In this document: piece by piece, positions 1 through 12,198 of the stretch
Layout: every line of letters begins with the position of its first letter
How positions within the stretch are numbered: the stretch's first letter is position 1
From: Diplonema japonicum
Taxonomy: Eukaryota > Protista > Euglenozoa: Diplonemea
NCBI GenBank assembly: GCA_964019335.1
Contig: OZ025736.1
Span: 1 to 64,000, forward strand
Direction of reading: 5' to 3'
Length of the DNA: 64,000 bases
The notes under the pieces: generated by a model
Told to the model about the DNA's origin: nothing
The model's database searches: none
The model's input: only the letters and a program-made list of their open reading frames with translations
Program-made: the position numbers and the translations under genes

Positions 1-1064
1 GGGAAGATAAGATAAGAAGCGACGCCAGCGAAGAAGTTGCGTAAGAAAAAGGAAACGGCGGCAACGACAGCGTAACGTGATCCTCTGAGAGAAGGAACAC
101 AGCTTCCTTGTCGGTAATCTTAATGGGCACACCGGCATCGCATAATTCCCCCACCTCCGAACGGGTCAGATCGTTCCCACTCCTTTTAACAGACGGCGCA
201 CGTCCAGGGCTTTTTGTAGCTCTGTCGGGCAATAAAATCTTACGATTGGGAGACAAACTACTATGTCGCGACCGCCCTCTAAGATCCGGGCGGGCACTAT
301 GATATCGTTGGCTTGGTGATGGTGATGAAACAATCGAAGGGGGCTGAGTGACGATTGACATGGGCGACACCTGAACCATCTTGTCAACACCAAAAACCTG
401 AACTTGAGCAGGCCTTCGCAGAGACGAAGGTGGAGGTGGAGGTCCGTCCCCATTAAGATTCAAATCGTCGTCTCCCTCGTCACCTTTTTCCGATGACGCG
501 TCAATTAAAACCTCATCTTCACTCTCGTTAAATATAACATCGGATAAATCGATTTTCTGGTATGGAACCGACCTTGCTGGGCTTCCCACCCGCGACACGG
601 AACCCGTTTCCGTTAAGCATGGTGTTCTGACACCGTGCGTTAATCTGGAGTTCGCTCTGTCCCTTGGGGTCTCTATGGCGTTAGTTTTTGACGATGTTGA
701 AACAGGCTGAAAGAACTGTTGGTTTTGAGGGTTTTTTTGTTGTTGTTGTTGTTCCCGGTTTCGGCATGGGGAGAATCTCGCTGAATTTACAAAAGGGAGA
801 ATGAGTTCGCCCGGAGGCAGCTTCCTGACTCCCAGGAGTCTCTTTATCTTTGCTCTGTGTCCTGGTGCCGTGACTATTCTACTGAATTCTTCATCGTCGT
901 CAGCTAAATTTTTCAAATCGATGACATCCTCGTATCCAGCTTTGTCTAGGAATCCTTCTAGTTGGGAGAGACCGTGGCTTCCCAGCCATTCCACAACCTG
1001 TGTTTTCGCTGTGGGGTGGGAGGTTGGTAATCTGTGAGGGGATGGGGTCGTTATGTCTGATTGC

Positions 1065-1069
<5 letters not shown>
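1..1069 (-). CDS. SAM-domain protein (3' end runs off window)
   Basis: ATG at 1069 follows a poly-A run. Manual translation MAQSDITT...VVEWLGSHGLSQLEGFLDKAGYEDVIDLKNLADDDEEFSRIVTAPGHRAKIKRLL fits a SAM pattern, followed by Q/S/P-rich low complexity. Frame is open to the window edge, so it is absent from the ORF track. Confidence 0.75.
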
Positions 1070-1100
<31 letters not shown>

Positions 1101-1443
1101 CCACGGGTGGTGCTGCCACCACCCTTTCCCCCCCCCTTTTTTTTGTTGTGTATGGGGGTAAAAAAAAGGAAGAGAAAAAAAAAAAAAAAAAGAAGGCAAA
1201 AAACACACTACTGATTTTTGTCTGAAAAAATAACCTTGTGGGTTATGTAGTTTTCTGTGAATCCCAGAACTTTGGATCCAAAAAATCCGAATAAAAAAGA
1301 AGGGTAACACATAATAATCCTAAATCCGGTTTAAAAAAAAAATAGAATAAAGGGTCTCTTTCTCTCTCTCTCTCTCTCTCTTTACACACATATTTTTTCG
1401 CCCCCCCCCCATCCCCCTGTTGCCCCTTCTTTGTTTAGTGCTG

Positions 1444-1503
1444 TCACTTTTTCGCGTACCTCATACAGACGGTGTATTCAGGAGTGATCGGGAAGTTCTG
1501 TGT

Positions 1504-1541
<38 letters not shown>

Positions 1542-2541
1542 GCTTCAAATCTGCTAAGTGACCCATCAGAACCCGCATTTTGAGCTAAAAAAAATTCCTA
1601 TTGCTAATTCTAGGGCTAGAATGGATTTATTTGCGTCAAGGGCTCAATGTCCGACATATGGAATTTTTTTTTGTGCTGAAATCTTTTTGGTGATCCCCTT
1701 AGGACATAGGCCGGGTCACTTAGCGGGTATGAAGCGTTTTTTGTTTTCCTCTTTTTTTTATAATCCTCGTACCTTCAGCCCTTCTAAGGCGGCTGCCGCA
1801 TGACCCTCAGTGTCATACTCGATGAATGCGTTAGCAACTGTTTTTTTTTTTTTTTTTTTTTTTTTGTATTGCAAAACAAACCTGAAGTGCCTGAAGGAGG
1901 CGGAATCCGGATATCTTTGAAACCGACAAATGGCGAAAATATTACCTTTTTTTTTCCCTATTTTTTTTTTCTTCTTTGGAACGTACCTTCAAAGCGTCCT
2001 TCTGTTTCAAAAGGCTCTGCGGGAAATTTTCAAGGTAGAGGGTTGAATTCACCTCGCCGACGTCTAGCGCCTGCCGCTGCTTCTTATCCGGATTTTGAGC
2101 GGATATTTCGGATTCCTCCCTTGGCCGTTTTGCGGTGATGGCGGAAGACGCGGACTTCGACCCCGTCAAAAGCCCTGTTTTGGAGCCTTTCAAGAACTGG
2201 ATGTCCTTTTCCCTCCGTTCCTTTTGCCTTTGCTTTTCGTTGACCTGCCTGAACGTGCCGTCTAGTTTCGCGATGGAATCAGATTTTGCTTTTGCAAAAT
2301 CAATCTTCATGTTCTTTCCCAAAAACTCAAACCCTTGCAGCTCCCTCATTGCAGCGGTCGCATTCACCAGCTCCCTGTACACCACGAACGCCTGACCCCG
2401 TGTCCTTGGCGTCTTCATGGCCACTACATCAACTAGCGGCCCAAACTGACTGAATAAGTGGTACAAATCCCTTTTAACATCCTCCTTTTTCGGCTTATCA
2501 GGGATGTTCTTGATGTATAATGTTTCTCTCGGGGGGTTCAT
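1444..2541 (-). CDS. SNRPB2: U2B''/U1A (SNF) family snRNP protein, two RRMs; exons 2541-1987, 1945-1882, 1837-1773, 1497-1444
   Basis: RRM1 TLYIKNI...LYHLFSQFG...VDVVAMKTPRTRGQAFVVY (U2B''-like loop). Removing GT-AG introns 1946-1986, 1838-1881 and 1498-1772 restores RRM2 VIFSPFVGFKDIRIP...AFIEYDTEGHAAAALEGLK-NFPITPEYTVCMRYAKK*. Confidence 0.9.
1541..1736. mobile_element. MITE inside intron 3 of the U2B''-like gene
   Basis: 24-bp terminal inverted repeats at 1541-1564 (cgcttcaaatctgctaagtgaccc) and 1713-1736, 21/24 matching. No ORF; T-run flanks. Confidence 0.75.
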
Positions 2542-3914
2542 TTTTTTTTTTTTTTTTTTCCTCCCTTGAAGGGTGAGGGGTTGAGGGGGATGAAAAGACT
2601 GGGTAGGGGGATGAAGTAAAGAGAAGTGTAACAAGTAATTTAAAAAAAAAAAAAAAAAAAAACTATTCTGTTAACTGAATCGTCCAATACCTCCTATAGG
2701 CGCTCTCAACGACACACCACAGCCATCGCCAATAAAAAAAAAAAAACGAAGGGTGGGGAGGGACAACTTCTCTTTTTTTTTTTCTTTTGATAAAAAAAAG
2801 GGAGAAAAGAAGGAGCACTTTTTGTTCTTTTTTTTTTGCCACATACAGATGATGATGGGAACAACCAAAAACAAAAAAAAAGGTTTTATTTTTTTTTTTC
2901 CCACACCCTCTTCGTCAGTTTTTCTTCACTCATTTAATGAGGCCCTCATTTAAGTAGAAAACCAGAAGCCTCAAAAACAAATTTCATATTTCAGGTTATC
3001 CTCAATTCCAGGAAGAAAAAAAAAAAAAAGGGTCTAATGGCATCCTAAGGGTTTATCAATGTAAGAAGGATGAAGCAAAAAAGCGAAGAGTGTAACACAT
3101 AATTTAAAAAAAAAAAATCGCTCAGTACAGCACGCCTACCGCGGTGTCGGCTCCAAGTGTAGTGATTTGTTGCACCTGTTTTTGAGATGTCTGCCGCTTG
3201 GTAGTGCAATAGCAGACAGCCGGCTAAAGAAGCCCTAAAGAAAAATCACACCCGCTAAAAGCACACTGAAGATAAGGGAGGGGAGGGGTTCTTTTTTTTT
3301 TTTTTTCCTTCTCTTGATTTTTCTTTGGGGAGAAAAAAAATCTTTATTTTTATCGAAACCAAAACAAAAACAACATAAATAAGATGCTTTTTTTTTTTTT
3401 TAATTATGATGATGATGATGGGTAGGGGTGGGGGCCCAACAAACCAAAAACAAGAAAAAAAGAAGAAGAAAAAAAACAGAAACCAAAACAAAAGAGAAAA
3501 AAAAAACTAGAGTTTCCTCATATCCTTCATAATTTCTTTTTTTTTTCAAAAAAAAATTTCATTTACAGAAATCGAATAAAGCTACATCCGTCCCTACCTA
3601 AAGGGACAGGGGTGAGAAAGAAAAGGAGGAAGGAAAATTACTATGGGGGGAGAGGGTGGGGAGAAAAGAGGTTCCGACCAAGAAAGGACAAAAAAAAAAG
3701 GTGTCAAAGGACCGACATGTTTGATCCCGTCAAAAAAAAGAATCTGCTGTATGGTTGGTGCGCAAATGAGTCTAAAAAAAAAAAAAAAATCTCTTCTCCA
3801 AGGGAAAGAAGTTCAAAAAAAAAAAATGTCTTGTATTAACATTCGTGACCTACTAGCTGCCTGAGACATGTGCAATACTTTCAGCTGCGTGCGTCTTTAG
3901 CAAAACATAAGTCA

Positions 3915-3952
<38 letters not shown>

Positions 3953-4035
3953 AAGAAAAGCCTTCCTTTTTTCCAGGCAACATTGTTATAAAGGGGGAGA
4001 GAGAGAGAAAGAGGGAGAGAGAGAGCGAGATTCAC

Positions 4036-4082
<47 letters not shown>

Positions 4083-4150
4083 CTACCTTCTAATGTCAGG
4101 CGTGACTATTAAGCTTGATTTCACTGGATTCATGGTGGTGAAAGTGGCAC

Positions 4151-4184
<34 letters not shown>

Positions 4185-4278
4185 TGCACGGTTATTGGGC
4201 CTTTTGAAAGAAATTTCTTTTCCAGTGTAGTGAGTCAGTCGTGAAACAATGGCAGGAGGAAATAAAAAAAAATTTGAT

Positions 4279-4316
4279 AATTCGGTGTGCGGGTGGGTGC
4301 TCACCGTTCAGGTAGA
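4279..4316 (-). repeat. Solo copy of LINE 3'-end stem-loop
   Basis: aattcggtgtgcgggtgggtgctcaccgttcaggtaga matches the sequence just downstream of the LINE ORF stop (16890-16930) and 34901-34929. Confidence 0.7.
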
Positions 4317-4967
4317 AAAAAAGAAAGATGAGGGGAGGGGTTTTCTTTTTCTAGAAGGGAGGGGGGGGGGGTCTCGTTTTTGAAACAAAAAAAAGATTCG
4401 CCTCGGGAGGTGTTTTTTGCCAACCCTCTCTTTGCAAGAAAATATCAAATCATACACAAAAAAAAAAAAAAAAAAAAAACTGTTACAAAATCTTTTTTAT
4501 ATTTAATAAAGAGATTATTATAGCAACGTTGCCCTCAAAAAAAAGGGAGGGGGAGGGGGAAGGGGGGAAAAAAAAACAATTCAATCCCACTCTGTCATTT
4601 TCTTCACTCACTAGGGGGGAGACCTTGCACCACTGTGAAATCACCTAACGCCACAAGGCTCCGAACACAAGTCTTGGAGGCCTACAGAGGACGGGCTAAG
4701 GTTTCACATGGCTAAGGGCGGGAAGTAAAAAAAAAAAAGGGAGAGGGAGGGGAACTACTTACTTACGTCGCCCGCCAAGTGACACCAATTGGCGGCACCA
4801 AGGAGGAGAAATAAGTGAAAATAAACTGATTAAAGGAGAGAGGAAAACAGATTAAAAAAAAAAAAAAGGTGTCTTTGAAGGGAACCTGCAGTATGTGACA
4901 AATTCTCTCGCGAAAGAGACTCACGAACCACCATATATCCCTTTTTATTACTTTTTTTTTTTTTTAA

Positions 4968-5105
4968 AGGGTGAAGAACAGGCAGTAACCTGCACGAGCG
5001 CAGAATCTTGGTTTCCCGGGGCGCCGGCTGAGCTGCATACCGCACGCATTAAAGACACGACACGGAACGCAGAAGCTACAGCCCAACAGAGGTGTGCCCC
5101 TTGTG
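4968..5105 (+). repeat. Diverged partial copy, opposite orientation, of the ~310-bp dispersed repeat
   Basis: ctgcacgagcgcagaatcttggtt...gcacgcattaaagacacgacacggaacgcagaag aligns with the reverse complement of 57480-57792. Confidence 0.75.
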
Positions 5106-5299
5106 GACCAAGTACTCGGGTAGGCGTCCTCCTTTATCTCTCATATATATAATTTTTTTTTTTTTTTGAGGTGGCCGCTTTCTAGGGGCGGGGGAATTAG
5201 AGGGGGGGAAACTTACTGCACACTTCACTATATCACATTGAAGAAAAGAGCAGGCTTCATTGCACTGCCCCCCCTTTTTTTTTGGAAACGAAAACAACG

Positions 5300-5659
5300 T
5301 CAAGGGAAAACAGTGACCCGCAGGACGCAGTAGGTGATGGTTAAGCTCGTGGCATAAGTTGTGGAAAACCCGTAACCGGAGTAGAAAGTAGCATCCGTGT
5401 CCCACTCAATGGGAGGTTCTCCGAGCAAAGGGTCATACTGCCTTAACGAAATTCGTTTAGTTGATTTTAATCTCCTATAAGTGAAGCAAGCAGGCAGGCT
5501 TGTGAAGATTAAGAATGCTACATAAGCGGCATCCCCATACCCAGAGTGCGTGGTTTGCACGGCCACACGCCAGGTTAACAGCCCTAACAGTCCCCCGATT
5601 ACTGTGCCTAGGAAGCACAGAGCAAATGAAATCAACAGCATTTTCTTGAATGTCATCAT
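5300..5659 (-). CDS. Small multi-pass membrane protein, unknown function
   Basis: MMTFKKMLLISFALCFLGTVIGGLLGLLTW... with 2-3 hydrophobic segments; ATG after an A-run; same strand as all neighbours. Confidence 0.55.
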   Translation of the reverse strand: MMTFKKMLLISFALCFLGTVIGGLLGLLTWRVAVQTTHSGYGDAAYVAFLIFTSLPACFTYRRLKSTKRISLRQYDPLLGEPPIEWDTDATFYSGYGFSTTYATSLTITYCVLRVTVFP

Positions 5660-6395
5660 TTTTTGGGTTTTGTCCTTTCTCGCTGTCCTCCCCCCCAACC
5701 ACCCCTCACGCCCTCCTTTATTTTTTTTTTTGTGTTGTTATATTGTTGGGGGGGAAAAGAAAAAAAAAGAAAAAAAGTATGGGGGAGAGGAGTAACGCGA
5801 AATTTTCTTCTTTTTTTTTCCCCTTCCGTTCATCGTTTTATCTCTGTTTTGAATGAAACATTTTTTTCCCTTCTTCATCCTTTCTTTATTATACCTCTCT
5901 TTTTTTTTTAAAAAAAAGATGCGACAAAAAAAAAAACAGAGGGGAGGGGGGAAGATAGAGTGAGAAAAAACTTGGGGGAGGGGGGGGGGGGGGGGGGGGG
6001 GGAAGAATCTAGGCCATATTTGACATGCCTCTACTCTTATTGTTTTCTGTAAAAATTTCGTGAATAAATGTCAATCTATAAAAAAAAAAAAGAATTTATA
6101 AAAAAACAAATAAATAAAAGAGACATTTAAAAAAAGGGGGGGGTCTTTACCCACACATCTGACAACGGATTTCCTTTCATTTTCTTTTTTTTTTTTTTTC
6201 ACAATCTTTTTTTTTTTCTTTTTCGTACTATTTCACACTTTTGACATTTCCCGGCAATGCGAAAAATCCTCAATCGCTACAAGCCCGAAAAAAAAAAAAA
6301 AAAAAATCTTTTTTTTTATAAAAAAAAAAAGAAAAATCGCAAACCCGCACCCAAATTCAAACATCGTGTGTAAAAGAAAAAAAAAAAAAAAAATC

Positions 6396-7046
6396 TCACA
6401 AGTCACGGGCACGGCTCAGCACATAACATTTATAAGGCCCAACCCTTTCCTCTTTCTCCACAACGACTGTGTCATCACAATCAAGCAAAGCTTTCAAAGG
6501 CGTCACTTTCACACGCCGATCCTTAGGGGTCTCGAACCAAAGAAACCAAGAAGAAGGGCTGTACGTAAACGACGTCTCAGCCACAATGACCTTTTTACTA
6601 CTGTTCAATGCCTGATCGAACACAGCCTTCACAACGTTGCGAGGGAGGATTTCTATGGTGGATATCATGACGAAATAATCACACACGGGCAGGGGGACGG
6701 GCACAAGACGATGTGTGGAGGCAACCTGAAACTTCATAGACCCTTTGATATAACGTTCTGGAACAACAGCTCTAGCTGGGTTCCAGCTTATTTTGTTCAC
6801 ATGCCCCAAGTCAAATACACGAACATCGCACCCTAGCTCGGCCTGCATCCATGGCAAGACACCTTCCCCTGCTACAAATGGTCCTAGGCTCACATCCATG
6901 ACATTCCCTTCGTTGCCGATCTGGTCGCTGGCCCAGAAGATAACGTTGGCACAGCTTCGAACCGCGTTGTTCTTCATGACGTCGGGCGAGCCCCCGAACC
7001 ACAACCCCAGCCCCCCAACGGGCACCGCAAGACGCATTGCCGTCAT
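6396..7046 (-). CDS. Hypothetical protein, possibly a degenerate Rossmann/methyltransferase-like fold
   Basis: 216-aa homopolymer-free ORF. VMDVSLGP, VRVFDL, DYFVMISTIEIL and KVIVAE resemble class I MTase strand order without GxGxG. Confidence 0.6.
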   Translation of the reverse strand: MTAMRLAVPVGGLGLWFGGSPDVMKNNAVRSCANVIFWASDQIGNEGNVMDVSLGPFVAGEGVLPWMQAELGCDVRVFDLGHVNKISWNPARAVVPERYIKGSMKFQVASTHRLVPVPLPVCDYFVMISTIEILPRNVVKAVFDQALNSSKKVIVAETSFTYSPSSWFLWFETPKDRRVKVTPLKALLDCDDTVVVEKEERVGPYKCYVLSRARDL

Positions 7047-7102
7047 GTTTTTTTTTTACCCCACCCCCCACCCCTTCAAATTTTCTTTTGAGATTTCGCG
7101 GG

Positions 7103-7133
<31 letters not shown>

Positions 7134-7178
7134 AAAGAGGGATTTAAGTGTAAAAGAAAAAAAAAAAAAGACTGTTAA

Positions 7179-10100
7179 TTAGTAGTACCGCCGTTGTCTC
7201 TCGACCTTTTCGAGGGCGGCATTGGTGTCGCTGTACAGTCTCAGCGTGTATTCTGATTCTATCTCGGACTCGAATGTGTGTGGGACAACGATGTAAGTCC
7301 CTGGGGGCAGCTTCGCCTTGGAAAGCGTGACCTCTGTAAAGCAGGTGTACTTCGTGCGGCATAAATGGGTGAGGTCGTCGTTGTCCGAACACAGATCGAT
7401 GCCTATGGAGGTGTTGTTCGACGGGTCCGTGACGGGAGGGGGCCGCGTGGTCTTTTGAGAAGGCTGGGACGACTTCCTCTGCCCGATTTGAATGGGCGAC
7501 TGGCTTAAAGCAAGTACAACATTGCTTTGCGTCGAAAGGGTTAAACGGTAATTGGGGTTGCATCCCCATGTTCTGTGCTTGTCCCGCGCACCTCCTGCGG
7601 AGACGCCAGGCCGCCACTCCCCAGTGACAACATTTGTTTTCCAGTCTTTTTCGGTAGGGGGTAGTTCCAAGTTTACCTCAGCTCCGGAGTAAGCTTGTAA
7701 CGTGAAATCTCCAGCAGCATAAGGGTACCTTGTACACGGCATCACCAAAAACCCATTTGACGCGTTTCCATGCAATGTGACTGTTAACTCTGTGTGGTTC
7801 ATGCCCCCGGTTCCTACCAAGTCGGTCTGGGCTACTATGTCGTCTTCTTGAAACCCAACCTTCCTTCGTACCCCACCTTCCAACGCACCCGCTCGGAAGA
7901 TGACAAACCCGATTTCTAGCGTATCGTTTTTGACACAGTGCGCGAGCCTCTTTGAGAGCACAAATAATATCTTGGCTTCTTTTTCAGAGAATCTCACGTA
8001 ATACTGAGGATTACCCCTCCACGTCGGGTAGTGGGTGTAGCCTCCCGCGGTGTTCGCTGTGATCGACCAGGTGCCTTCTATGGATGAGGTGCGGTAGTCT
8101 ATGTTGGGGTCTATCTCTGTGATGGTTGTTTTTGTGTTTCCGACAATCTGGAGGGTGAAGTTGGAATCTTGTCGTGGAAAGTAGGTGGAGGGGATAATGC
8201 AGTATGGCTGTCCGCCTCGTTGTTTGAGGCTCTTCACGTTCACCCGAACAGTGACCTTGTCTATGTTCTCGTGGTCCGCGGTGCCAAGGATTGCTTTCTC
8301 GTCGAACTGCAGCGTCTTCCTCACACCATTGCCCTCGCAGACTAAAAGCCCGATCTTCGCCATTGTAGAGTCCGTATCATTGTGCTGTTTCAAGATCAAC
8401 GTCAGAATTGTTTCTTCGACCGACGACAGTAAGTACATAGGGTTGCCCCTCCATGTTCCGAACTGACCAGGACATCCTCCTCTGTTGCTGCCTTTCCATG
8501 CACCTTCAATTGAAACATTCATATTGGCCTTAATCTCCGTGATCCTCACAGGGACAGGCGAGGCAACTGTTAAGAGAAATCCTCCGTTTTGACCTGACTT
8601 CTCCGTGCAGGGCATTACAGTGAGGGATTTCACGGTGGGGTCCACTTCAATGTCCATCGTCACGAATCTGGTTTGTGAGAATTCCGAAGTGCGGACGTCC
8701 TCTTTTGAGGTGAGGGCGACAAGCTTACGAGTGTTGCAATCTGAAGCCATGATCTGGAAGCCTATGGTGTTAGTGTAGACGAGTTCTTTGTTCGACGATG
8801 AGACATTTTTCAGCACGCTGAGCCTTGCGTCTTGTTGCTCGACCTGTACAGTGATGGTGATGGGCTTCTTGCTCGGGATGGCATCGAAGTGTAAAGCGTA
8901 CTGGTCGTTCCTTGTCCATGTGTCTTTGTTCGACGATGAACCGCCGTCTGTTACCCCTGCCACCCATTCGCCCTCAATGCATTCACGGCTCCAAGGATCA
9001 GGTACCGAGCAGATTTTGCCCCTCAGCCTGCAAATGTGTACTGTTGTGAAGTAGTACCCCACGTCCCCCCACGCCATCCAGAACGTGCCGTCCTGCCCGA
9101 ATGAATATTCTAAAGCCTCCAGAATATCTGGTGTCCATTGTTTCGACCCGTCGCACCACCGTCCCCTCCACTTGTTCAGATCCCAGCAGTCTTTCAACCT
9201 GACAAGCTGTTTTCCTCTCACGTCACGGACTTCTAAAACAGGGAAGACATGGTCGGGGGGTATTCCCATGGAGTGTTTCTCGTTGTGGCATGTGCCCTTG
9301 TCGCTGTCGAGGACGAGTCCTACGGGGCATTGGTCGCGGACTGCGTTTTGAAGCTTCTCCCAGAGCAGCCCGCATTTTAGGGTTTCCTTGGACTTTGCGG
9401 TCAGGAGGTGGATGGTTTCGACGAGGCCTCCCGTGAGGTCGGACAAGGCGTGCGCGATGTCGCCGCTGATCTCCAGTGATTCGTACGAGCTGTGCAGCTT
9501 TGCGTAGGCCTTTTCCAAGACGGCGGGCCAGAGCTCTTCGGATTCGGGGGACGAGGCGAAGAGGAGGAAGTTGTCGGCGTCGACTGGGAGGCCGTCATCG
9601 ATGGTCACCGGAACCCATTTCCCGTACTTGAAAAACCGCAGCTGGTAGAAACCGTATTCAGGGTAAACGGACAAGAACGTATGGTGCAGGAGCTTGGGGT
9701 TCGTCGCCACCACGGCAGCCGCGCCGAGAAACCACAGGTCTTGGATCAGACCGACCGCAACGCATCCTTTCTTAACGGTCCCCTTGAACAACGACGAGTC
9801 GAAGCAATAGTCTCTCGGCCGTTTCCACGACGACAGCGGGATGTCCCTGTTCACAAGCGTTGGATCGACCCACACGCTGGTAAGCGAAGGGGGGAAGTCT
9901 TTGTCCATGTGCTGCATTCCCTTCGCCAGGTACATGTCGACGATCTCGTCGCGTTCCACGACGGAGGCCTCCATGCCAGCGTCCCCTTTGAACTCTTCAT
10001 CGGGGAACGACAACAACCTCTCCCTGCCTGATTTCTTGTTGTCCTCCTTGCACCGTTCGAGCTCTGTTTCGGCTATCCTTTCAACGATTAATTTCTCGCC

Positions 10101-11857
10101 GGATACCTCCACGCGTTGACTTGCGTAAATGTGCAGCCTAAAGCTCCCCACCTCCCCTGCGTCCTGCATCGCGGGCACGAATAGGAAGTCCGTCACGGTA
10201 TGGGGCAAATGCGGCAACCATAATGAGCATTCTCCATCGTTTGAAGACACCGAAGTGACCTGTGTCAGCTGAGGCGTATTGTCCAGGATAGACAGTGTGA
10301 AGGGGCGAAGTGTGTCCGCTTGGAGCACAGCGAGTACGTCAGTTTCCGCCTGCAAGGTCAAAGCATAGGAAGGGTTGTGGATCCACGAGGATTTGTTGAC
10401 ATTGCGACACCCTCCGTTGGACTGGTCTGTCCACGACGAATCCTTTACAAACTCCGCCCAGTGTTCCCCACGGGGCAGCTCCTTGACGCTAAGCTTGGTT
10501 TCGCTGTACATGTATATCTGGTAAGACCCGAAAACGCCTGGTTGGGAACAAGCGATGACCAACACGTAACCTGCATCACCCTTGGGGAGTGTGAAGGTGA
10601 TGTTCACGGACGTGACCTGTCTAAACGGTGTCGTGCAGATGACCTTCTCCTTGGTCATGACAACCTGACGCCTGTTCTCGTTGTCGCCCTGCAGTACGTA
10701 CAGGCCGATTTCACTTGAATCGTTGTCGTCCTCGTTAGAGGACTTCGACAGAACCAGGAAAACCTTTGATTTCGCCTCGCTTCGTATGAGATACTGGGGG
10801 TTGGCCCTCCATGAAGAGTGGTCCGCGTTGCCCCCCGCTGTGTCTGCCGACCACGACCCATGGATGACAGGTTGGATACACCAGTCCAGGTCTCTTTTGA
10901 TGGCTTCCAACATAAACTGTGTCGAGATGCTATCGTCGATGGAGACACCGAATTCGTGTTCCGGTCTGATTTCTTTTATTGACAATGAGTAGGATCCGAG
11001 CTTACCAGGCCGGAAGGTCATTGGTATTACTGTGTATGGGAAATCTGTTCCTCGTAGCTTCGAGTGGAGGGGGATGGTGACGGACGCCCTGCCATCACCG
11101 AACTGCGACTCGGCGATAAGGTCTGTTGGGTGTATTTCCAGCATTGACTGGTGGCAATTCTGATCGCTGCGCTTCGCGACCGCGAGGCCGATGCAATGCG
11201 GTACCTCGCCTTCTTTTAAAATCTGTTTCAATGTAATCACAGCTGTCCCCGAACGCGACGGCCACAAAAGAAACTGTCTGTTGTTCCTCCAGCATGTGAA
11301 GTGTAGGCAGCCCCCTGCGGTGTCTTCTTCCCATTTACCGTGGACAGTCGCGACACGAGGGTCCGGGTGGGTTTGGTTTGAAAGGGAAGATGTGATTCGG
11401 TATTTCGCCCGAGTTTCATCGGGGCTTTCGTTTTTGTTTGCCTCCACTGCGGTCTTCACCCTGTCGTGGAGATGGTCCGGGATGTCTGTGTTTGAAATAT
11501 CTAATTCGGTGATGCTTTTGTTTTTTGCCAACAAGTACATAATGGGTTTGAAACACGAGGCGTGCAATGGGTTGCACGACAGGTTTATCTTCTTCAGCGA
11601 AGGGTGCCGCACCGCCATCTCGACCACCTTTGTTGCGCACTGCCCGTTCAGAACGTTTTTCGACAGGTTCAGCTCCTCCAGCTTCCCGTTGTGCCTTGCG
11701 ATCTCCAGCACCGGTTCGAGCCCTTTCGGGCCCACATAGTTCATCGAAAAATCGAACACGGTCATGTCCCCGTTTCTCAGCTGCGTTACGAAGGAGCTGT
11801 TTGCCTTCATCTCTCCTCTTTTGCAGTAAAAGAGGTACAATTCACAGAGGGACGTCA

Positions 11858-11858
<1 letters not shown>
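7179..11858 (-). CDS. Calpain-like protein: N-terminal LRR, multiple calpain domain-III (C2-like) repeats around a non-catalytic CysPc
   Basis: LRR motifs (LEELNLSKN, LKKINLSCN). About 7 repeats of GxW...(A)GG...W..NPxY. CysPc motifs DKDFPP, WKRP, WVPVTIDD, ELWPAVLEKAYAKLHSSYESL, DGTFWM. Likely start MTSLCELY at 11858. Confidence 0.9.
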
Positions 11859-11890
<32 letters not shown>

Positions 11891-12198
11891 GACAACCTCT
11901 GAATGTTGTGGAGAGGGGTCTGACATGATATAAAAATGGAGAAAAAAAAGGAGAAAAAAAAAAAAAAAAAAAAACAAACCCCCTCAACCAAAAGATACAA
12001 AAGATAGAAAGAAAAAAAAAAAAGAAAAAAAAAACAGAAAAAAAAAGAAACAACAGGAAAGGATGAAAAAACGAATAGAAGAGAGGATCTTTTTCTTTTT
12101 TTCCCTTTTCTTCCACTTCCTTTATAATAAGAGGGTTGGGGGAGAATTACAAGGGGGAGGGGGAAAGAAGGGAAAATAATTTAATACAAAGGACGACT

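Noticed and set aside
4878-4900. aagggaacctgcagtatgtgaca similar to 16828-16850
   Set aside because: Two short diverged copies; not enough to define an element.
11859-12116. Poly-F/poly-K N-terminal extensions of ORF-track proteins
   Set aside because: Translations of homopolymeric spacers; starts were reassigned to the ATG after the A-run.
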